From assembly GCA_963841565.1 (NCBI GenBank), contig CAWJCY010000012.1, positions 128,001 through 192,000 of the forward strand: DNA of 64,000 nt, read 5' to 3'. Shown here piece by piece: positions 57,276 to 64,000 of this stretch (position 1 is its first letter; the number at the start of each line of letters is the position of its first letter). A model generated the notes under the pieces. That model searched no databases. It saw only the letters and a list, made by a program, of their open reading frames with translations, and was not told the origin of the DNA. Both the position numbers and the translations under genes were made by a program. Source of the DNA: an uncultured Nitrososphaerales archaeon (GTDB taxonomy: Archaea > Thermoproteota > Nitrososphaeria > Nitrososphaerales > Nitrososphaeraceae).

Positions 57276-58088
57276 TCAGGTCTCGTGTGGCAACTTACTC
57301 TCATCGAAAACACCGGCCCGGTTCCACTGGTATGCGAAATAATCTTCACACCATTCGTGAAATTCAATATTATCACTATAATATACTATATTCAAGTCGG
57401 GCCTTCCCTTTAGACTAGGGAATGCAACACAAGAATGTCTTTCGTTAAATATCAAGACTAACTTGACGCTATCCAGCATTCTTCTTTCCACCATTCCTTT
57501 GGAAATTAAGCTTCGCCACCCTATTCTTTTCAGAATTTCACTCCTTCCCTTCGGGACCACTGGATCTCGAGGGAATATGTAGGAAAATCTTACTCCGCTT
57601 TGAATCCGTGAACTAAGCGTCTCAATAAGATCAACAGGTACTTCTGAGATTATTTCTTTGATGTACTCGTTTGAATTCAAAAATATATACTTCCATCTTT
57701 GAAGTATAGCCATAACACCATTAACGACCTCACATTCTGCGAGGGAACCTATCCTGAGAACGAATTTTAATGGAAGATCACCAAATGTATGATCATTGAA
57801 ATACTCTCTATTCTGAAACATGAAGGCGTAGCTTGGAATTAGTGAAACAATTGATTCTCCATACGGTGTCAGTACAAGGTCTCCTTCTTGTCCCTTCGTA
57901 ACGAGATTTGAAGATACAAGTCTTGAAATGTTTCTATGGGTTTCCTGCATCGTTGCATTGAGCTCTTCAGCAAGTTGTGAAAGACGGTAAGATCTGTTTC
58001 TAAGTTTCATTAGAGTAGAATATCTTAGATCTCCGGCTAACTCGAAAAACAAGGAGCTGACTTCCTCCTCGCGCTCTCCATGCATCAA
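57276..58088 (-). CDS. ArsR-like wHTH transcriptional regulator with C-terminal effector domain
   Basis: LFFELAGDLR, SQLAEELNATMQETHRNISRL, LTPYG; FHEWCEDYF. Confidence 0.88.
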   Translation of the reverse strand: MMHGEREEEVSSLFFELAGDLRYSTLMKLRNRSYRLSQLAEELNATMQETHRNISRLVSSNLVTKGQEGDLVLTPYGESIVSLIPSYAFMFQNREYFNDHTFGDLPLKFVLRIGSLAECEVVNGVMAILQRWKYIFLNSNEYIKEIISEVPVDLIETLSSRIQSGVRFSYIFPRDPVVPKGRSEILKRIGWRSLISKGMVERRMLDSVKLVLIFNERHSCVAFPSLKGRPDLNIVYYSDNIEFHEWCEDYFAYQWNRAGVFDESKLPHET

Positions 58089-58195
58089 TCAATGACTGTG
58101 TGCCTAAAATTTAAACTTGACAAATGTTGCCAAGTCAAAACCCCATAACTCGAATTTTGTTCATGATTTCTGAACCATTAATGAACTTGCCACGG

Positions 58196-59497
58196 CTAAG
58201 GACTGACCCTTGACATGGTCCTCGGAAATAGGACCGAATCCTTGATATCATCGATGCCAATAAACCATCTCAGTAACCTTTCGATACCCATCCCAAATCC
58301 TCCATGTTCTACCGATCCATATTTCCTTAAATCAAGATACCATCCATAGTCAATAGGGTCAAGTCCTGTTTGCTTAATCCTCTGGGACAGAATTGGGAGG
58401 TTGTCTTCTCTCATGCCTCCACTACTCAACTCACCATACCCTTGCGGTCCCAAAAGATCAAAAGTGAGACTTGTTCCGGGCCGATCCTGGTTCTCTTTGA
58501 CATAGAAGGGTTTTACCTTAGTAGGGTACTCGGTGATGAACAATGGGGTCATCATCTTTCTAGTTAATTCCCTTTCCGAATCAATGTTCAAATCATCACC
58601 CCATCGAATAGTTCTAGATTTTCCATCGATTTCAGATATCTTGAAATCAAGTGACTCCAGCTTTTCAATGGCTTGATCGTATGTAATCTTGTGAAATGGC
58701 TCTGCAAGATCTCTAAACCTACTAGTGTCAATTTTAAGAAGTTTTAATGATTCTTTTCGATCATTGATAGTCTTATCGATTGCAGATCTAACAAGTTTCT
58801 CTTGGATTTGTAGAAGGTCCTTAAGGGAAACCCATGGAGACTCGCACTCCAGATGTGAAAATTCTGCCAAATGCCTAATAGTTCTAGATCGTTCTGCTCT
58901 AAAAGAAGAAGTAAGACTCCATACTGGACCCAGCGAGAAAATCATTGCTTCCAGATAGAGCTGTGCACTCTGAGATAGGAATGCCACGTCGTCAAAGTAA
59001 TTTAGTTTGAAAAGAGTTGATCCACCCTCTACAGATCCCTTCACTATCAACGGAGGGGTTATTTCCATCCAGTCATTGTCCGAAAACCATTGTCTAAGAA
59101 ACTTAAACATCGATGTTCTAATTTTAGCAATTTCTATCATTTTTCTCGTACGTAAAGCGAGGTGTCTGTTATCTAGGAGCAACTCTGCGCTTTGATATTC
59201 ACCAAGAGGATAATCCTTTTCCGAAACTTGAAAGATCTTGAGATCTGTCCCAATAATCTCGATCCCCCCTTCGGGGGCGCGAGCATCTTGTTTTACAATA
59301 CCAGAAATCTGCACGGATGACTCCCTTGTTAGGTTGTCTAACTTGGATGAAGGGAAAACACATTGTATAATAGATCCGCGATCATCTCTGAGAAGCACGA
59401 AAGCGTTTCCCTTTTGTTTTCTTAGCCTATACACCCAACCTCGTAGAGTCACCTCTTTACCAATGTAATCTGAAGTTAATATATCACGTATTCTCAA
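58196..59497 (-). CDS. asnS: Asparagine--tRNA ligase
   Basis: OB fold VTLRGWVYRLR, FLSQSAQLYLE, FRAERSRTIRHLAEF, WYLDLRKYGSVEHGGFGMGIER. Confidence 0.9.
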   Translation of the reverse strand: MRIRDILTSDYIGKEVTLRGWVYRLRKQKGNAFVLLRDDRGSIIQCVFPSSKLDNLTRESSVQISGIVKQDARAPEGGIEIIGTDLKIFQVSEKDYPLGEYQSAELLLDNRHLALRTRKMIEIAKIRTSMFKFLRQWFSDNDWMEITPPLIVKGSVEGGSTLFKLNYFDDVAFLSQSAQLYLEAMIFSLGPVWSLTSSFRAERSRTIRHLAEFSHLECESPWVSLKDLLQIQEKLVRSAIDKTINDRKESLKLLKIDTSRFRDLAEPFHKITYDQAIEKLESLDFKISEIDGKSRTIRWGDDLNIDSERELTRKMMTPLFITEYPTKVKPFYVKENQDRPGTSLTFDLLGPQGYGELSSGGMREDNLPILSQRIKQTGLDPIDYGWYLDLRKYGSVEHGGFGMGIERLLRWFIGIDDIKDSVLFPRTMSRVSP

Positions 59498-59687
59498 ATC
59501 TCTACCTCAAACCTTCCCGCCAAATTCTGAGCCATCCTCCCAGTAGAATGCAGGACATCTGATGAGTCACACAGGAAGATTTCCGAAAGTTATCGCTTTC
59601 AATGACCCAAATATATGTTAGGGGCATTTCAACTAATGTAAAGTTAAGATCTAATTTAATATATCTGGTCGGGAACACTTAATACTT

Positions 59688-59834
59688 ATGACAAAATTTG
59701 ATGGGATAAAAGGTCAGGAACTACTGGATGTTGAACAGTCGGACTCTGAAGTAACGCTAATTTTTAAGGACAACCGATATCTATTTGTCAGACTTGAAAA
59801 TGGGCGCATAATCTGCGAATCGGTGCCAGAATAG
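59688..59834 (+). CDS. Small hypothetical protein (48 aa), below ORF-track cutoff
   Basis: MTKFDGIKGQELLDVEQSDSEVTLIFKDNRYLFVRLENGRIICESVPE; TTTAATATA about 25 nt upstream. Confidence 0.7.
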   Translation: MTKFDGIKGQELLDVEQSDSEVTLIFKDNRYLFVRLENGRIICESVPE

Positions 59835-59938
59835 AAAGAAGTGATTTACATTTTATCGCCTTGACATTCTAACCAGTAGGTAGGATTCAAGTATTTGGTA
59901 CAATCGGGGGTCCGAGCAGCTGACCCAAAAACATGAAT

Positions 59939-60454
59939 TCAATCTAATCTTGTTGAATTGGATTTTGCCGATAACTCTACTGGTTCGGTAAAGTCGTGTC
60001 TTCCCCATGAAACTCGGATCTCAGCATAAATATCACCAAATCTTGACCTTCCACATTGATCTCCATTAACTTCTATGGTCTTGCTGACGTCAAACATAAG
60101 TGATTGAGCTTCTTCAACTGAAAGTGGATATAGTGGCACATCTTCTTGTACTATGAATACCCAAATCCTAAATGGGACCTTGGGGTTCCTGGTCCAAAAC
60201 AGGACTGCTTTTCTTACATATTCTCTAGTAAGGAGAGTTTTGTTACTGATCTTGAGGGCAATGCTTATCTTAAGACGAAAAGAATTATCATGTTTGTTGT
60301 ACGCCTTCTCCCAACCTAATTGATTAAACGCGCCCCTGATAGTCCCAGTTATACTAAAGCTAAGTCTTAGCTGCCCTACATTACTAGATTCTTCCCTTTC
60401 GTGGACAGTTTCTAACTTTGTTTCGGAAATGAAATTTCCTCGGCTATTCAACAT
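59939..60454 (-). CDS. Hypothetical protein (start uncertain)
   Basis: 171-aa ORF divergent from rpoL; beta-rich. Confidence 0.7.
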   Translation of the reverse strand: MLNSRGNFISETKLETVHEREESSNVGQLRLSFSITGTIRGAFNQLGWEKAYNKHDNSFRLKISIALKISNKTLLTREYVRKAVLFWTRNPKVPFRIWVFIVQEDVPLYPLSVEEAQSLMFDVSKTIEVNGDQCGRSRFGDIYAEIRVSWGRHDFTEPVELSAKSNSTRLD

Positions 60455-60506
60455 CTGTAATATCAGGAGATCATTTATATCTTCAATAAGTAGTTGTCTC
60501 TATCGT

Positions 60507-60785
60507 ATGCTTGCAGAAGTAACTGAGAGTAATGCTAATATCTTGGAGTTAAAACTAAGGGACGAAGATATTTCTGTGATGCTGATTATCCAGCATGAAC
60601 TTCTTAGTAAAAAAGATATTGACTTCGCCGGGGTTATTCTGAAACACCCACTTATAAGAGACTACATTATGAGGATTGTCACAAAAAAAGAAGATCCTGC
60701 GGTGGCACTAAATGAAGCATCTGCCAGTGCAAGTAAATACTTGGAAGAATTGGGTTCGAGTATTAAGACTCAACTAAGAACCTGA
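60507..60785 (+). CDS. rpoL: RNA polymerase subunit L (Rpo11)
   Basis: LELKLRDED, IDFAGVILKHPL; precedes tfs and pcn. Confidence 0.88.
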   Translation: MLAEVTESNANILELKLRDEDISVMLIIQHELLSKKDIDFAGVILKHPLIRDYIMRIVTKKEDPAVALNEASASASKYLEELGSSIKTQLRT

Positions 60786-60787
60786 AG

Positions 60788-61141
60788 GTGATAGCTAAGC
60801 TGAAGTTTTGTCCTAGCTGCGAGTCACGTATGAAGCCAATGACAGAAGAGGGTACGGTAAAATGTCCAAAATGTGGATATGCTGAACAGGGTAAATTTTC
60901 ATCTCAGGATGAAGAAATGCTTCAATCCAAGCAAACAAGATCAGATAATATCGCAAAAAGTTCACTCAAGGTCATGGATTCCGATGCGCCAAATGCCATG
61001 CCGACAACCACCATTGAGTGTGCTAAATGTGGGAATATGACTGCTTTTTGGTGGATGTTGCAGACAAGGTCTGCCGATGAGGCTACTACCCAATTCTACA
61101 GGTGTACTGAGTGTAGCTACACCTGGAGGAATTATTCATGA
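60788..61141 (+). CDS. tfs: Transcription elongation factor TFS
   Basis: FCPSC..CPKCG; CAKCG...QTRSADEATTQFYRCTEC. Confidence 0.96.
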   Translation: MIAKLKFCPSCESRMKPMTEEGTVKCPKCGYAEQGKFSSQDEEMLQSKQTRSDNIAKSSLKVMDSDAPNAMPTTTIECAKCGNMTAFWWMLQTRSADEATTQFYRCTECSYTWRNYS

Positions 61142-61243
61142 TAAAAGCCATTCGGGTCGGTTACGCATTTCTAGATCGGATTCGCGGCCTGAAGTCAGAC
61201 AGCAATGTTTAAAGTTAATAGATGATAGCGGTAATCATAAATA

Positions 61244-61996
61244 TTGACATTCAGTGTTAGTACAAACTCTCCAGACGAATGGAAAGTGGTAACCTCTGCG
61301 ATCTCTACCCTTGTAGATGAGGCTACATTTGAAGCCAATGTCGAGGGACTTCTATTCAGAGGGATGGACCCTTCGCATGTAGCGCTAATTGATATACACT
61401 GGCCTAATTCAGCCTTCCAAAAATTTCAATGTAATGATTCGATTAAATTTGGTGTAAGGATTGATGAATTTTCTAAACTGATAAGACGAGGCGACAAGAA
61501 GGATACAGTAGAGGTTTCTATCGGGGAGAACTCCACACTAGTAATTAGGATCAAAAACGGCTACAGCAGAGAATATAAAATGCGACTCATAGAAAGTTCT
61601 TCTGGTTCAACTCCACTTCCAAAATTGAATTTTAACTCGAGGGTTGTTCTAAACTCTTCTACTCTGGATAGAGTATTTTCAGACATCCAAGTGGTATCTG
61701 AATATATCACGTTGGGATCAGAGCAAGCAAAAATTGTCTTCACGGGAAAAGGAGATTCAGGCGAAGCTAACATTACCTTGGATCAATCAAGTGAAGGGCT
61801 AGAAGATATTACTGTCAAAGAAAGTAGTATTGCAACATATAGTCTTGATTATCTATCAAGAATGATAAAAGCTATAGGAAGCACCGGTGGATCTGTGATA
61901 GCTGAGTATTCTACCAAGATGCCATTACGACTTGAGTTCAGGGTTGCAAACATCGGAAGAATACATTTTTATCTTGCACCTCGGGTTCAAGATTGA
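61244..61996 (+). CDS. pcn: Sliding clamp PCNA
   Basis: MDPSHVALID, YSLDYL, MPLRLEF, FYLAPR. Confidence 0.97.
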   Translation: MTFSVSTNSPDEWKVVTSAISTLVDEATFEANVEGLLFRGMDPSHVALIDIHWPNSAFQKFQCNDSIKFGVRIDEFSKLIRRGDKKDTVEVSIGENSTLVIRIKNGYSREYKMRLIESSSGSTPLPKLNFNSRVVLNSSTLDRVFSDIQVVSEYITLGSEQAKIVFTGKGDSGEANITLDQSSEGLEDITVKESSIATYSLDYLSRMIKAIGSTGGSVIAEYSTKMPLRLEFRVANIGRIHFYLAPRVQD

Positions 61997-62067
61997 AGTA
62001 GTGATAATTAAGTTGCCAAAGTGCAAACACATTCAGGTAACTTTTTGATTCTGCATTAAAGGATTAC

Positions 62068-63481
62068 TTGGACATGTTAGTTGTAATGAAATTTGGAGGA
62101 ACAGCGGTCGAATCAGGTGAGCGAATTAGACACATAGCAAATTTGGCGCTGAATTATCAACAGAAGATGGGATTTGAAGTTATATTGGTAACATCTGCGG
62201 TGAAAGGTATGACTGATGAGATACTAGCAGTGGCAGAAAGCGTAAGAAGGGGAGATAAAACAATCGTGAATCAGTTCGTCGAGCGTATTAAACGAGTTCA
62301 CCTATCTCTTATAGACTCTAGTATTTTTGATGAAGCTAAAAAGAAAGAGGCAAAGAATACCGTGTGTGAGCTTGTCGAGCTCGTTGAAAATGTTCTTCAT
62401 GGAATGTTGCCTATGAAAGAAGTCACTCCGAAGATGCTCGACTATTTGTTATCATTTGGGGAAAGGTTTTCAACTTTTATTGTGTCCGTCGCGATTAGGG
62501 ATATTGGAGGAAGTTCAGAATTTCTGGTGGGGAATGATGCAGGCATAGTGACTGATTCCAATTTTGGCGAAGCGCTCCCATTGATGGATACTACTAAACT
62601 GAAGGTCTCTCATAAGCTGAAACCATTGCTAGCTAAGAAAATTATCCCAGTTATCACTGGTTTCATTGGGGGTGACCAATATGGTAACATTACTACCATC
62701 GGTAGGGGGGGCTCTGACTATTCAGCAACGATAATAGCTGCAGGTTCAGGAGCAGACGAGGTCTGGTTGTGGAGTGACGTTGATGGATTAATGACGGCTG
62801 ACCCGAAAATTGTCAGCGAAGCAAGAGTTATACGAGAAGCGTCATTTGCAGAAGCGTTAGAAATGGCACTCTTTGGCGCTAAATATATGCACCCAAGAGC
62901 GTTAGAGCCGGCTATCGAATCCAATATCCCAATGAGGGTAAGAAATTTCATGAAGATAGATGACGACGGCACATTAGTAGTTAATAATCCCAGCAAGGAT
63001 TCCCACAAAATAGTCAAATCGATAAGCTCTATTCGACACACCGCCTTGATAGACGTCAGTGGGGTTGGAATGGTTGGTGCGCCAGGGACTGCCGGAAGAA
63101 TCTTCGATACTCTGGCTAAAAATAAAGTAAACATCATGATGATTTCCCAGAGCCCATCCGAATCGAGTATTTCAATGGTAGTTAAAAAAGAAGTGCTTCA
63201 GAAGGCAACTAGTACTTTGGAATTGTCATTGCTTGGCAGGGTTATCAAGAAAATAGATGTGAAAGAAGACGTTGCAGTCATAGCAGTTGTAGGTTCAGGA
63301 ATGCGAGGTATTAAGGGGGTGGCGAGCAAGGGTATTTGGTGCTGTTGGCAATAAGAATATCAACGTGATTATGATAACACAAGGATCTTCCGAATTGAAT
63401 CTTGCTTTCGTAGTAAACGACACCGATTGTGTAGAAGTAGTTAGAACAATTCATTGCGAATTTGAGCTCAACAACTCCTGA
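62068..63481 (+). CDS. lysC: Aspartokinase (paralogue 2, canonical two-ACT type); one extra base at ~63325
   Basis: VMKFGGT, SFGERFS, TTIGRGGSDYSA, WSDVDGLMTADP; corrected tail GVAARVFGAVGNKNINVIMITQGSSELN to TGA at 63481. Confidence 0.92.
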
Positions 63482-63557
63482 TACCATCACTTCTATTTCC
63501 ATTTTTTAGTCACTCTTCGAGCAAAGGATAAATTATTATGTTGATAAGAAGTTGAGC

Positions 63558-64000
63558 ATGGTAAGAGGCCAGCTGTTCGTCGTAGGGATAGGTCCTGGAG
63601 ATCATAACCAAATGACATTTCGTGCGAAAGAAGTCATCACAGCGAGCGAGGTCATAATAGGTTATGACACTTATATCACGTTGATTGAGGATCTAATTGT
63701 CGGTAAGGAGATTCACCGATATCCGATGACCCAAGAAGTTGATCGGGCAAATCAGGCAATTAGGACAGCAGAAGGTGGTAAGAAAGTGTCACTTGTATCT
63801 TCAGGTGATCCTGGAATCTATGGCATGATAGGCCTCGTCTATGAAATTCTCGCCGAGCGGAACTGGGAGCATGATAGTGGAATCTATGTAGAATGCGTAC
63901 CCGGCGTCTCCTCTCTGAATTCCTGTGCAGCGTTGGTCGGCTCTCCTTTAATGACTGACTTCGCAGTAGTTAGTATGAGCGACCTACTAGTCCCTTGGGA
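63558..64000 (+). CDS. cbiH: Precorrin-3B C17-methyltransferase, truncated by window edge
   Basis: Hand translation: LFVVGIGPG, IIGYDTY, MTQEVDRA, LVSSGDPGIYGM, PGVSS, DFAVVSMSDLLVPW. Confidence 0.93.
   Translation, partial: MVRGQLFVVGIGPGDHNQMTFRAKEVITASEVIIGYDTYITLIEDLIVGKEIHRYPMTQEVDRANQAIRTAEGGKKVSLVSSGDPGIYGMIGLVYEILAERNWEHDSGIYVECVPGVSSLNSCAALVGSPLMTDFAVVSMSDLLVPW

Noticed and set aside
59550-59620. Hammerhead ribozyme on + strand (CTGATGA at 59559, GAAA at 59585)
   Set aside because: Stem II does not stack directly on the core, the UH cleavage triplet is absent (CC follows stem III), and the stem I partner is displaced

Overview
Core-genome segment of an ammonia-oxidising archaeon, most consistent with soil-type Nitrososphaeraceae (Thaumarchaeota). 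The assignment rests on an unsplit RpoA, the rpoH-B-A-L30e-nusA-S12-S7 cluster, class I LysRS, a Rieske/cytochrome b/plastocyanin complex III, C2H2 microproteins and PHA genes. About 60 CDS and three tRNA genes are supported. No CRISPR array, rRNA or transposase was seen. Highlights: (1) a tRNA-Gln(CUG) gene split by three BHB introns (10/11, 21/22, 37/38); (2) a frameshift-masked, half-size deoxyhypusine hydroxylase (DOHH)-like HEAT protein, a candidate for the unidentified archaeal hypusination enzyme; (3) a phaE / haloarchaeal-type phaR / serine hydrolase module with no phaC in the window; (4) a divergent Topo VI pair next to tRNA-Thr; (5) a rhomboid-sHsp-like fusion upstream of complex III; (6) an uncalled 39-aa Zn-finger ORF. 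Ten single-base frameshifts in eight genes, including rpoA, rpoB and tbp, are most likely assembly artefacts. All protein calls come from motif recognition by eye; no searches were run.
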